Below, in pieces: positions 48,864 to 58,686 of a stretch of DNA of 64,000 nt. Source of the DNA: Rikenellaceae bacterium (GTDB lineage: Bacteria; Bacteroidota; Bacteroidia; Bacteroidales; Rikenellaceae); assembly GCA_015059875.1 (NCBI GenBank), contig SUZQ01000004.1, forward strand, positions 13-64,012, written 5' to 3'. Position 1 is the stretch's first letter. Each line of letters begins with the position of its first letter. The notes beneath the pieces were generated by a model. It ran no database searches. It was not told where the DNA came from and saw nothing but the letters and a program-made list of their open reading frames with translations. Position numbers and translations under genes: made by a program.

Positions 48864-49778
48864 CTCCCAGAGGTTGCGAGGATATACACCCTCCTCAATC
48901 AACTTCTCAATCTTAGCAACCAACATTGGTTTATCCTCCTTGTAGGTTACGCCAAACCACTGTGCTGTGGTCGAAAGCACCTTCAAACGAGCCTCGCCAC
49001 CATTCACGAGTTTGTTTACCATAAGAGGAATAAAGAACTCTGCCTTGAGGTTGGTCTTAACATCGTCAGATGCAAGGAACTCCTTAAAGCCCGCCTCAGA
49101 ATGGGTAAAGTAGTCAGGGGTAAATCCAAAGAAGTTCATCGATACTGGAGTATTCTCCTCAAGTGCTACATCGTCGCCGAGGTCGTGGAATACGATAGTA
49201 CCCTCTGCATTGCGCTCAATCTTTGTACGCTCAACCATCGAAGTGAGGTAGCGATTCTCATCAACAGTGCAAACACCACGCGAAACAGTACCATTGTCCG
49301 ACAAAGTCTTGTTTACCTCGTAGCCAATCATTGCGTACTCGCCCTTCGCACCATCCAACTGCGAGAGATACTCGCCCATAACGCGATATGCGTCTGTGCC
49401 GTAGAAGTCGTCAGCATTGATAACTGCAAATGGTTCGTGAACAGCAGTAGCACCCATCATCACGGCGTGGTTAGTTCCCCACGGCTTCTCGCGACCTTCA
49501 GGAACAGAGAAGCCCTCTGGCAGATAGTCCAACTCCTGAAATACATAATCAACCTCGATGCGACCACCGAAACGCTCAGCAGCGAACATCTCCTTAAACT
49601 CCTTCTCGAAAGAGTGGCGGATAACAAATACCACCTTGCCAAATCCAGCACGAATAGCGTCGTAAATCGAATAGTCAATAATAGCCTCTCCGTTAGGACC
49701 AACTCCGTCCATCTGTTTCAGCGAGCCATAGCGCGAGCCCATACCTGCAGCAAGCACCAAAAGTGTAGGTTTTACCAT
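48861..49778 (-). CDS. Sugar-phosphate nucleotidyltransferase family protein
   Basis: LAAGMGSRYG.LKQ, KPWGT, INADDFYG; -7 box at 49832-49839. Confidence 0.9.
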   Translation of the reverse strand: MVKPTLLVLAAGMGSRYGSLKQMDGVGPNGEAIIDYSIYDAIRAGFGKVVFVIRHSFEKEFKEMFAAERFGGRIEVDYVFQELDYLPEGFSVPEGREKPWGTNHAVMMGATAVHEPFAVINADDFYGTDAYRVMGEYLSQLDGAKGEYAMIGYEVNKTLSDNGTVSRGVCTVDENRYLTSMVERTKIERNAEGTIVFHDLGDDVALEENTPVSMNFFGFTPDYFTHSEAGFKEFLASDDVKTNLKAEFFIPLMVNKLVNGGEARLKVLSTTAQWFGVTYKEDKPMLVAKIEKLIEEGVYPRNLWE

Positions 49779-49856
49779 AATTCTATTTTGTTAAATTGTG
49801 TTAATTTTTACAGTTGAGTATAAAATACTCACAAAGGTACTATTTTTTATCAAAAC

Positions 49857-49885
49857 AAAAAAGAGGAAACCGAAATTTCCTCTTT
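49857..49885 (-). terminator. Terminator closing the nuclease/phosphoesterase operon
   Basis: AAAGAGGAAA-CCGAAA-TTTCCTCTTT with A tract. Confidence 0.7.
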
Positions 49886-49923
49886 CAAATCTGCCGAATA
49901 GTTGTTTTATTCTCTTTTAGGCT

Positions 49924-51555
49924 CTATCGTGCATGGAGTTCAACCTCTGCGATGACATTTCCTAATACATCCTTTGCCACTGCTGTAATTGTCGCATCAG
50001 GATCAGCTGGAATATACTTCCACACATGATAACCGCGCTTTGGAGTCTGCCAACTTGCCTTGTAGAGTCGCTCGCCCTTTGGAAGTTCTCCAGCCTCGCT
50101 CTTTGCGTATGTATCCCAATACCAATCGCGGAATTTAAGGTCGTAGCATCGTCTTACAACCTTGCCCTTACCGCCTGTGGCCTCAATAAACTCGCAAGTA
50201 TGCGCACCCATAATATTTACAAGGATAGCAGGCTTATCATCTGCCGTAGCCTCCTTTTGTTCGAGTTCATAGCTTCTCTTGCTGCCTGTTCGCGATGTTA
50301 TAGGATAGTGCCACTTATTGTCACCATTGTCATATACGCGGTATATGGTACCTTTGTTTGAGCCATAAGGGATATATTTACGACTCCACTTGCCATTATC
50401 GACGGTATACTTGGCAATCGCCGCGAACGAACCCTCAGTGCCGTCGTATGAGTACCATGCCATACCTGCGGCAGAAGGATGAACGAACTGGTAGAATGGC
50501 TTGCCGTTAATGTTCTTCTTTACTGCGTAATCGCTGTGGTGGTGACCGATAAGAGCTACAACCTCATAGCCCCTGAAGTACTCTAACATACGCTCTGCAT
50601 CCATCTGCTGGTACTTTCCCGAATAACTCAATACTCCGCAGTGTGCAAGTACAACGATGCGATCGACCTTACTCTTGTCGAGTGCTGCAATATCTTGTGC
50701 AAGCCAATTATGCTGTCTTTCGCAAAGTTTTACCCAATAGCCTTTTGTCGCATTAGGATCCTTTGTACCACCGTAATCCTTGGTAATAACAAATGTGTTA
50801 TCGACTACCACGAAGTGTTCGCGACCAATGTTGAACGAATAGTACTCGGGGCCAAGATCGTCATTGTAGTCTTTGCGCGACTGATATACGGTCTCCTCGT
50901 TAAAAATCTCCCCCTTTGGAGCTTGGTTGTGGTCGTGGTTACCGATGGCATTAAATATAGGATAATCGACATCGGTATCCTCCATATAATTCTTGAATGT
51001 ATAGCCCTCCTCACGACCTTTGTATCCTGGGCGGAATTGCGGTTGCGTCATATCGCCAAGCGAGATGATATAAACTCGCTCATTGCACTTTGCGGCCTCC
51101 TCACGAAGGGTGGATACACAAGTTGAGATGTATCGCTCACGGTCGTCTTTGTGTCCGCGCTTATTGAGTCCGCCGCAGAGGTGAGCATCAGCAATTGTTA
51201 GGAGTGTATATTTGCTCTGATCGACCTTTGTGAGTTTGAAGTCGTAGGTAGCCTTCTTAGCCTTTGGTTTTATGCGCTTGTAGAACTGAGGGGCATTTCC
51301 AATGCGCTCAACCTCGTAGCCCGAAGGGATGGAAATGTAGACAAATTGGTTCTGCGGTTCCTTGACCTTTGTAGGCAGTGTATATTTACCTTGAGCGTCG
51401 GTTTTTGTTATATTGACACCATCAGTAACAACAACGCCCGCAACAGCCACTCCATCGCAAGTAACAGTTCCATTAACACCCTTTTTTGCTGCTTGGGCAG
51501 GCAAAACAGCTACGAAAAGCAGTGCAACAAAAATAGATACTAAACACCTCTTCAT
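49924..51555 (-). CDS. Secreted calcineurin-like metallophosphoesterase, paralog 2
   Basis: Signal peptide; GVVVTDG...TD..G.Y N-domain; DAH, GD, GNHD, H, GHHH. Confidence 0.88.
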   Translation of the reverse strand: MKRCLVSIFVALLFVAVLPAQAAKKGVNGTVTCDGVAVAGVVVTDGVNITKTDAQGKYTLPTKVKEPQNQFVYISIPSGYEVERIGNAPQFYKRIKPKAKKATYDFKLTKVDQSKYTLLTIADAHLCGGLNKRGHKDDRERYISTCVSTLREEAAKCNERVYIISLGDMTQPQFRPGYKGREEGYTFKNYMEDTDVDYPIFNAIGNHDHNQAPKGEIFNEETVYQSRKDYNDDLGPEYYSFNIGREHFVVVDNTFVITKDYGGTKDPNATKGYWVKLCERQHNWLAQDIAALDKSKVDRIVVLAHCGVLSYSGKYQQMDAERMLEYFRGYEVVALIGHHHSDYAVKKNINGKPFYQFVHPSAAGMAWYSYDGTEGSFAAIAKYTVDNGKWSRKYIPYGSNKGTIYRVYDNGDNKWHYPITSRTGSKRSYELEQKEATADDKPAILVNIMGAHTCEFIEATGGKGKVVRRCYDLKFRDWYWDTYAKSEAGELPKGERLYKASWQTPKRGYHVWKYIPADPDATITAVAKDVLGNVIAEVELHAR

Positions 51556-51561
51556 GATGAA

Positions 51562-53199
51562 CTATTTTGCGTGGAGTTCAACCTCTGCGATGACATTTCC
51601 TAATACATCCTTTGCTACAGCCTTAATGGTTGCGTTAGGATCTGCTGGAACATACATCCAAACATGATAACTGCGCTTTGGACGCTGCCATCCAGCCTTA
51701 TATAGACGCTGTCCCTCTGGAAGCAAGCCTGCCTCACTCTTTGCGTATGTATCCCAATACCAATCGCGGAAGTTGAGATCGAAGCAACGCTTTACAACCT
51801 TACCTTTTCCTCCCGTACTCTCGGTAAACTTGCAAGTGTAAGCACCCCAAAAATTAACGAGTACTGCAAGCTTATCCTCAGGAGTAATCGTCGGAATCTC
51901 CTGCTCTCGTTTCTGCTTTGTACCTGTATGCTCGGTGATAGGATATGCCCACTTGTGATTACGGTTATCGTAAACACGATACTTCAAGCCCTTATTATCG
52001 CCATAAGGTACAACTTCACGGGTAAACTTACCATTCTGGAATGTGTAATCCACAAGCGAAGCTGGCGAACCCTCGCAGTTATCGTAGGTATACCACGCAG
52101 TTCCTGCTGCAGATGTGTGATAGAACTGATAGAGAGGTTTTCCGTTCCAGCTCTTCTTATACACCGTGTGGTCAGCGTGGTGGTGACCTATGAGAGCCAA
52201 TACCTCATAGCCCTTAAAGTTGTCAAGCATCTTCTCCAAATCCATCTGCTGTTTCTTGCCAGCATAGCCAAACAGACCGCAGTGTGCAAGAAGAACGATA
52301 CGATCCACCTTGCTTCTATCAAGAGCTGCAATGTCCTGCGCAAGCCAATTGTGCTGGTACTCATCAAGACGATACCAATAGCCTTTGGTTGCATTAGGAT
52401 CGTTGGTAGGGCCCGCATCCTTTGTAATAACAAAGGTGTTATCAACCACTACATAGTGCTCGCGACCTATGTTGAACGAGTAGTAGTCTGGTCCCAAATC
52501 GCGGTGATAGTCTGCACGCGAGAGATAGACCGTCTCGTCGTTGAATACCTCGCCCTTCGGAGCGTGGTTGTGGTCGTGGTTACCAACTGCGTTGAATATA
52601 GGGAAATCCACATCGGTATCTCTCATATAGTCGCCAAGTGAATATCCCTCCTTGCGGCCTCTCCAATTCGGGCGTGAGCTTGTTTGTGTCATATCGCCCA
52701 AAGCGACCATATATACTGGATGTTTAACGCTTGCCGCATACTCTCGAACAAACGGAACAACCTCGTTCTTATATTTACTTGTACCACGATGATCTGCGCG
52801 TTTTCCGTAGACATCGGTAATGTGATGGTCTGCCATAGCCAAAACTGAATAGACGGATTGATCAACCTTTCTGAGTTTGAAATCGAACGACTGCTTCTTT
52901 GCCTTTGGATCAACGCGCTTGAAGAACTGCGGAGCATTTCCGACGCGCTCCACCTCATAGCCCGATGGAATCGAGATATGAACAAACTGGCAGTGTGGAT
53001 CTTTAACCTTTGTCGGGAGGGAATATTTACCCTTAGCATCGGTCTTAGTCATATTAACGCCATCGGTCACTACGACTCCCGAAACGCCTACTCCATCACA
53101 AGTAACCGTTCCTGTAATACTCTTTTTCGCCGCCTCAGCAGGTAGTATACCTGCAAACGCAACAGCAACAATTGCTAAAATTAAATGTTTGATACGCAT
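51562..53199 (-). CDS. Secreted calcineurin-like metallophosphoesterase, paralog 1
   Basis: Signal peptide; DHH, GD, GNHD, H, GHHH; colinear with 49924..51555. Confidence 0.88.
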   Translation of the reverse strand: MRIKHLILAIVAVAFAGILPAEAAKKSITGTVTCDGVGVSGVVVTDGVNMTKTDAKGKYSLPTKVKDPHCQFVHISIPSGYEVERVGNAPQFFKRVDPKAKKQSFDFKLRKVDQSVYSVLAMADHHITDVYGKRADHRGTSKYKNEVVPFVREYAASVKHPVYMVALGDMTQTSSRPNWRGRKEGYSLGDYMRDTDVDFPIFNAVGNHDHNHAPKGEVFNDETVYLSRADYHRDLGPDYYSFNIGREHYVVVDNTFVITKDAGPTNDPNATKGYWYRLDEYQHNWLAQDIAALDRSKVDRIVLLAHCGLFGYAGKKQQMDLEKMLDNFKGYEVLALIGHHHADHTVYKKSWNGKPLYQFYHTSAAGTAWYTYDNCEGSPASLVDYTFQNGKFTREVVPYGDNKGLKYRVYDNRNHKWAYPITEHTGTKQKREQEIPTITPEDKLAVLVNFWGAYTCKFTESTGGKGKVVKRCFDLNFRDWYWDTYAKSEAGLLPEGQRLYKAGWQRPKRSYHVWMYVPADPNATIKAVAKDVLGNVIAEVELHAK

Positions 53200-53261
53200 A
53201 GTATAATAATATTATATAAATTTCTCAAATCAGCCGACAATGGTCAGCAAGTATCTCTACC

Positions 53262-54119
53262 CTATTTCAAGCACTCGTTAAGCACATACGCCAAACGGCA
53301 ACTTGCTCGATGATATTGCTGTAGCGTCAGCTTGCGATGCTTGAGCAAGAATTTACGATCCAACTCATCGTGTGGCTCTGCCCACTCATAAATCACGCGA
53401 CAATCACGCGCCGTCTGCTCAACCCACTCATCGATAGTACCCTCGCAAATCTTTGCGCGCTTCTTTGCCGAAAGATTATCAAGTTTATTACGGAATAGTT
53501 CGTAATCTTTATTAAACTCTGGATAGAGCACCTGAATCGACAAGCCATCCCAAATCTTGTGATAAGTAGCCTTCTCGCCCTCATACTTAATTGGGAAACA
53601 ATCCCAGCGATACTTCTTGCCTGGCTTGCGGAAGCAATCTGGGAACTCGGTGTAGTAGACATGGCAAGGGCAGTGCATATCCTCAATCATATGAATGACA
53701 CACTTGAGATTAACCACAATCGCAGAATCGGTCAAATTGCGGTGATTCTTCAAATTCTCGATACACACCTTCAAGTTTGGCAACAGATCGCCATCGTTGT
53801 TATATGCACGCTCGTTGCTAATCTTCAAATCCTTATCCACAGTAATCATATGCCAAGCCAATGTTGGTTTGTATGGCATATGATACTCGTGTTGTGGATG
53901 ATTCTTGCCGCGTATGGGTTTGCGAATCTGATCCATCCATCTGCAGTGCTTAACCATCGACGAGCCAAGATACTTTTCGACCTTTGCCTTAACCTCAGGC
54001 TCAAGATGATGCTCTGCTGTATAGGTGATAAAGTTGTGCGCCCAACCACCCCAAGCAGATGCTGTCTGCACGCTAAATATAAGTACTGCCGCCAACGCAG
54101 TTACAAATAATCTCTTCAT
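53262..54119 (-). CDS. Secreted S1/P1 nuclease family protein (tandem copy 4)
   Basis: ASA-WGGWAH, WMD, WH, HMIEDMHCPCH, HKIWD. Confidence 0.88.
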   Translation of the reverse strand: MKRLFVTALAAVLIFSVQTASAWGGWAHNFITYTAEHHLEPEVKAKVEKYLGSSMVKHCRWMDQIRKPIRGKNHPQHEYHMPYKPTLAWHMITVDKDLKISNERAYNNDGDLLPNLKVCIENLKNHRNLTDSAIVVNLKCVIHMIEDMHCPCHVYYTEFPDCFRKPGKKYRWDCFPIKYEGEKATYHKIWDGLSIQVLYPEFNKDYELFRNKLDNLSAKKRAKICEGTIDEWVEQTARDCRVIYEWAEPHDELDRKFLLKHRKLTLQQYHRASCRLAYVLNECLK

Positions 54120-54131
54120 TTTTGGCAACTA

Positions 54132-54989
54132 TTATTTGAAACACTCATTAAGAATATACGCCAAACGATACGACGCACGCAAACACTGTTGCTTCGAGAG
54201 CTTCTGATTATCGAGCAAGAACTCTCTGTCAATATGGTCGTTAGGCTTTACAAGGTCGTAGATATAGCGGCAATCCTTTGCATTTCGCAGCACCCACTCC
54301 TCGATTGTACCTTTGCACATCTTTGCTTGCTTCTTTGGCGAAGTCTTATCAAGAGCCGCACGGAAAAGCTCGTAGTCTGCACCGTACTCTGGCCATATTT
54401 CACGAATCGACAAGCCATCCCACACACGGTGCGAAGTGGTTTTCTTTCCGTTGTAGTATACATACATCTGATCGTGACGACGATAACGCTTGCCATTTAT
54501 CTTGCGAGAGAAACAATCCTCAAACTCGGTGTAATAGATATGACAAGGGCAGTGCATATCGCCCACCATGTGAATCACACACTTGAGGTTAATCATCACT
54601 GCCGAGTCGGTCAAGTTGCGATAGTTCTTCAAATTCTCCACGCACTTTACGAGGTTTGGATAGAGATCGCCATCGCCATTCGAGCCACGCTTGTCGCTCA
54701 ACGCAAACTTCTTCTTGCCTACGCGATCAACTGTACACATGTGCCACCACGAGGTCTGCTCCCATCCAGGGATGCGCTTCTTGTTCCACAAAGGCACTTT
54801 ATCCATCCAAGTTGCGTGGTCGTAGATTGGAGAGCCGAGATACTTTTCGGTCTGAGCCTTCGCCTCAGGAGTGAGGTGAGTCTCCGCAATAGTTGCGATA
54901 AGTTTGTGCGCCCAACCACCCCAAGCAGAGGCAGTCTGCGCAGAGCAAATGGCAACCAATGCCATGAGCGAAATAATTACTTTTTTCAT
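54132..54989 (-). CDS. Secreted S1/P1 nuclease family protein (tandem copy 3)
   Basis: ASA-WGGWAH, WMD, WH, HMVGDMHCPCH, HRVWD. Confidence 0.88.
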   Translation of the reverse strand: MKKVIISLMALVAICSAQTASAWGGWAHKLIATIAETHLTPEAKAQTEKYLGSPIYDHATWMDKVPLWNKKRIPGWEQTSWWHMCTVDRVGKKKFALSDKRGSNGDGDLYPNLVKCVENLKNYRNLTDSAVMINLKCVIHMVGDMHCPCHIYYTEFEDCFSRKINGKRYRRHDQMYVYYNGKKTTSHRVWDGLSIREIWPEYGADYELFRAALDKTSPKKQAKMCKGTIEEWVLRNAKDCRYIYDLVKPNDHIDREFLLDNQKLSKQQCLRASYRLAYILNECFK

Positions 54990-55004
54990 AATAAGTTATT
55001 TAGT

Positions 55005-55865
55005 TTATTTGAAACATTCGTTTAGGATATACGCAAGGCGGCAACCCGCTTTCAAAACCTGCTTTTGAGTCATTTTGCTATATGAAAGAATAAAATCTCT
55101 ATCAAGCTCATCGCCCGACTTAACTCTGTCATATACAGAGCGACAACTCTTTGCAGAGTCGTGTACCCAATCATCTACACCACCCTTACAGAACTTCGCC
55201 TTCTGCTTTGCAGAGCCTTTATCAAATGCCGTAGCGTAGTACTTGTAGTCGTTGCTATGCTCTGGATAGATAGCTGTAATTCCAGGGCCATCCCAGAATG
55301 AGTGGTAGGTCATCTTCTTACCATTGTAATATACGGGGATTCTATCGCGTGCAGGCTTTCGCTTGCCATTTGCATCCTTCTCACTGCGGAAACAATCGGG
55401 GAACTCCAAGAAATAGAAGTGCGTAGGGCAATGCATATCTCCAACCATATGGATCACACATTTCAGATTTACCACAACAGCCGAATCGGTCAAATTGCGA
55501 TAGTTCTTCAGATTCTCAATACACATCTTCAAATTAGGAACGAGATTGCCACTTCCTTTCGGTGATCGCACATCGCTTACGCGACACCTCTCATCCACAA
55601 CCAAGGTGTGCCAAGTTGAAGTCTGCTCCCAACCTGGGATATGCCACTTTCGCTTTTTAGTCCACGATGCAGTACAATCCATCCACAACGCCACAGATGG
55701 AAGCGATGCATCAAGATACTTTTGCGTCATCGCCTTTGCCTCAGGCGTGAGGTGATTTTCGGCAATCTGCGCAATGGTCTTGTGTCCCAAACCAGCCCAA
55801 GCTAAAGCTGTTTGAACGGAACATATTGAAGCTACAACAGCGAGTACAATAACAAATCGTTTCAT
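55005..55865 (-). CDS. Secreted S1/P1 nuclease family protein (tandem copy 2)
   Basis: ALA-WAGLGH, WMD, WH, HMVGDMHCPTH, HSFWD. Confidence 0.88.
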   Translation of the reverse strand: MKRFVIVLAVVASICSVQTALAWAGLGHKTIAQIAENHLTPEAKAMTQKYLDASLPSVALWMDCTASWTKKRKWHIPGWEQTSTWHTLVVDERCRVSDVRSPKGSGNLVPNLKMCIENLKNYRNLTDSAVVVNLKCVIHMVGDMHCPTHFYFLEFPDCFRSEKDANGKRKPARDRIPVYYNGKKMTYHSFWDGPGITAIYPEHSNDYKYYATAFDKGSAKQKAKFCKGGVDDWVHDSAKSCRSVYDRVKSGDELDRDFILSYSKMTQKQVLKAGCRLAYILNECFK

Positions 55866-55891
55866 AGTTGATTTACAATTTATTGCGGTGT

Positions 55892-56752
55892 TTATCTAAA
55901 AATTTCGTTTAGTAAGTATGCGATACGATAAGCCGAACGCATTGCCTGACCTTCAGATATCTTACGATGCTTGATAAGGAAGTCGCGGTCAATCTCGTCG
56001 TTAGCCTCCACATTGTCATAGATTGGTCGGCAACGCTTACCTGCATCCGACACCCAGTCGGCAAGTGTTCCGCGACAAATTTTAGCTCGTTGTTTCGCGG
56101 AGTACTTATCCAATTTCTGTCGAAAGAGTTCGTAATCTTTACCGCACTCAGGATATAGCACAAGCAGTGACTTTCCGTCCCACACTGCGTGATAGGTTGT
56201 CTTTCTGCCCTCGTAATACACAGGCATAAATCCGCGACTCTTTGCACCTGGTGTAGTCCCCTTGAAGCAGTCGGGGAACTCGGTATAGAAGATGTGCGAT
56301 GGGCAGTGCATATCTTGAAGCATATGAATCGTATACTTCAAATTAACCGCTACTGCCGAATCGGTAAGGTTGCGATAGTTGCGCAAATTCTCTACACACT
56401 TCTCCAAATTTGGCAACAAGTCGCCACTACCTATCGAGGAGCGTTCATCGCTCACGCGAAACTTCTTATCTACGGTTGAGTGGTGCCAACGCAACGATGG
56501 GCGATAGGCTTGATGGCTTGCGTGGTCGGGATGATTCTTACGACGGATAGGACGACGAATCTCGTCCATCCAAGTACAATGGTCAATAATTGGCGAGCCG
56601 AGATACTTCTCAACCTTCTCTTTCACCTCTGGTTCGAGGTATTTATCTGCCGTGTAAGCGATAAATCTGTGCGCCCAACTGCCCCAAGCAAATGCGGACT
56701 GCACAGAAAATAGTGCAATAACAAGCGACAAAACAAACGCTCTTTTTCTCAT
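55892..56752 (-). CDS. Secreted S1/P1 nuclease family protein (tandem copy 1)
   Basis: AFA-WGSWAH, WMD, WH, HMLQDMHCPSH, HAVWD. Confidence 0.88.
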   Translation of the reverse strand: MRKRAFVLSLVIALFSVQSAFAWGSWAHRFIAYTADKYLEPEVKEKVEKYLGSPIIDHCTWMDEIRRPIRRKNHPDHASHQAYRPSLRWHHSTVDKKFRVSDERSSIGSGDLLPNLEKCVENLRNYRNLTDSAVAVNLKYTIHMLQDMHCPSHIFYTEFPDCFKGTTPGAKSRGFMPVYYEGRKTTYHAVWDGKSLLVLYPECGKDYELFRQKLDKYSAKQRAKICRGTLADWVSDAGKRCRPIYDNVEANDEIDRDFLIKHRKISEGQAMRSAYRIAYLLNEIFR

Positions 56753-56780
56753 AAGGTATAATTTTAGGTACAATTCTTCA

Positions 56781-56788
56781 CAAAATTA
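56781..56788 (-). promoter_or_regulatory. -7 box of the S1/P1-phosphoesterase operon
   Basis: TAATTTTG on minus strand, divergent from the rho promoter. Confidence 0.65.
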
Positions 56789-56863
56789 GTTTTATTTTGC
56801 GACAAAAGCAAAAAAACAACATCTCAAGTCCCCGAAAATATTTTTTTATTACAATAAATGCAC

Positions 56864-56871
56864 TATATTTG
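56864..56871 (+). promoter_or_regulatory. -7 box (rho)
   Basis: TATATTTG. Confidence 0.65.
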
Positions 56872-56960
56872 CGTCGTTATTACAAGGCACAAAGTAAAAC
56901 TGATTGCCCTTAGTAACCATCGTTCGTTCGAGCGATGAGAAATCGCAGAAAATTGATATT

Positions 56961-58643
56961 ATGGAGGATTTAATTGCTATTCAAGGCAAAACAATTGCTG
57001 AGCTGCGCGAAATTGCGAAGGTGCTTGGCATCACTGAGGAAAAATTATCGAAAAAGGAGCTTATTGCCCGTATTTCGGCTATAGCCAATAGTGACAACTC
57101 CGCAAACGGAGAGGTCGCACAACAAAACGAAGCGGCTACGACGGCAGCAAGTGAGTCAGCTGCAACCGATGCCGCAACCCCACCACAAAAGCGTAAACGA
57201 GCAAGACTCGGCTCTGTAAAGGTTGTACCCGTAGCGAAAGTTGCGACTCAAGAGGCGGAGATCGGCGCAAAGCCTACAAGCGAGGAGGCAAAGAGCGAAG
57301 AGGCAAAGTCGGAGGCGACTGAGAGCGTAAAGAGCGAGGAGAGTGCTGCTCCTCAGCCTAAAAAGCGTGGTCGCAAACCGAAGAGCGCAAGTGTCGAGGC
57401 TCCCGTGCAGCAAGTTACAGAGGAGGCAAATATCGCAGAGGGCATCAACAACAATCAATCGGTAGATGACGCCATTTCCGAAATCGCAAACGAGAAAGAG
57501 GAGAGACCAATCACCAAAGACGACTTCACAGCAGAGGTGTATGGCGAAGGCGTATTGGAGATTATTCCTGACGGATATGGTTTCTTGCGCTCTGCCGACT
57601 ACAACTACCTGAACTCGCCCGATGATATATATGTATCGCCATCACAAATCAAGCTCTTTGGCTTGAAGGCTGGCGACACCGTAGCGGGAGTTATCCGCCC
57701 ACCAAAGGAGGGCGAGCGATACTTCCCACTCGTACAAGTGACCAAGATTAACGGTCTTGAGCCGAACTTTATCCGTGACCGTATTCAGTTCGAGTACCTA
57801 ACACCTCTCTTCCCAAGCGAGAAATTTAACCTTACGGGCGAGGGGCATAACTCAAAGACAAACCGCATCGTAGACCTCTTCTCCCCTATCGGAAAGGGAC
57901 AGCGTGCGCTTATCGTGGCACAGCCTAAGACTGGTAAGACGATGATTTTGCAGAGCCTTGCAAATGCCATTGCAGACAACCATCCTGAGGTGTATATGAT
58001 TGTGTTGCTTATCGACGAGCGACCTGAGGAGGTTACCGAGATGGCGCGCCATGTGAAGGCGGAGGTGGTATCTTCGACATTCGACGAGCAGGCTTCGCGC
58101 CATGTGAAGGTTGCCGAAATGGTTTTGGAGAAGGCGAAACGAATGGTCGAGTGCGGACACGATGTTGTTATCCTTCTCGACTCGATTACCCGTTTGGCTC
58201 GTGCATACAACTCGGTACAGCCTGCTTCGGGTAAGGTGTTGTCGGGAGGTGTCGATGCAAATGCACTCCACAAACCAAAGCGATTCTTTGGAGCAGCGCG
58301 TAATACCGAAGAGAAGGGTTCGCTCACAATTATTGCCACCGCCCTTATCGAGACTGGCTCGAAGATGGATGAGGTTATCTTCGAGGAGTTCAAGGGTACG
58401 GGTAATATGGAGTTGCAGCTTGATCGTCGTATCGCCAACAAGCGTATCTACCCTGCTGTTGATGTTGTGGCATCGAGTACTCGTCGTGAGGACTTGCTCC
58501 TCTCGCGCGAGGTTATGCAGCGCACTTGGATTCTTCGCAAGTACCTCTCGGATATGACTCCTGTAGAGGCTATGGAGTTCCTCGAAAAGCAGATGAACCT
58601 CACCCGCACCAACGAGGAGTTCCTCGCTACGATGAACCAATAA
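56961..58643 (+). CDS. rho: Transcription termination factor Rho with N-terminal insertion
   Basis: [38 protein letters not shown]. Confidence 0.98.
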   Translation: MEDLIAIQGKTIAELREIAKVLGITEEKLSKKELIARISAIANSDNSANGEVAQQNEAATTAASESAATDAATPPQKRKRARLGSVKVVPVAKVATQEAEIGAKPTSEEAKSEEAKSEATESVKSEESAAPQPKKRGRKPKSASVEAPVQQVTEEANIAEGINNNQSVDDAISEIANEKEERPITKDDFTAEVYGEGVLEIIPDGYGFLRSADYNYLNSPDDIYVSPSQIKLFGLKAGDTVAGVIRPPKEGERYFPLVQVTKINGLEPNFIRDRIQFEYLTPLFPSEKFNLTGEGHNSKTNRIVDLFSPIGKGQRALIVAQPKTGKTMILQSLANAIADNHPEVYMIVLLIDERPEEVTEMARHVKAEVVSSTFDEQASRHVKVAEMVLEKAKRMVECGHDVVILLDSITRLARAYNSVQPASGKVLSGGVDANALHKPKRFFGAARNTEEKGSLTIIATALIETGSKMDEVIFEEFKGTGNMELQLDRRIANKRIYPAVDVVASSTRREDLLLSREVMQRTWILRKYLSDMTPVEAMEFLEKQMNLTRTNEEFLATMNQ

Positions 58644-58680
58644 AACGGAAAGCGGAAAACGGAAAACGGAAAACGGAAAA
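58644..58680 (+). repeat. (CGGAAAA)5 heptamer array
   Basis: Fills the rho to S1/P1 spacer. Confidence 0.9.
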
Positions 58681-58686
58681 CTAACT

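Noticed and set aside
47094-49817. Plus-strand ORFs 47094..47891 and 48807..49817 with similar N-termini (LAxDTLVQKEP)
   Set aside because: Similarity comes from the shared repeat element; the rest is antisense shadow of gltX and the nucleotidyltransferase
49924-56752. Anti-phage defence or toxin system interpretation of the nuclease array
   Set aside because: All proteins have Sec signal peptides; no immunity genes, ATPases or mobile-element context
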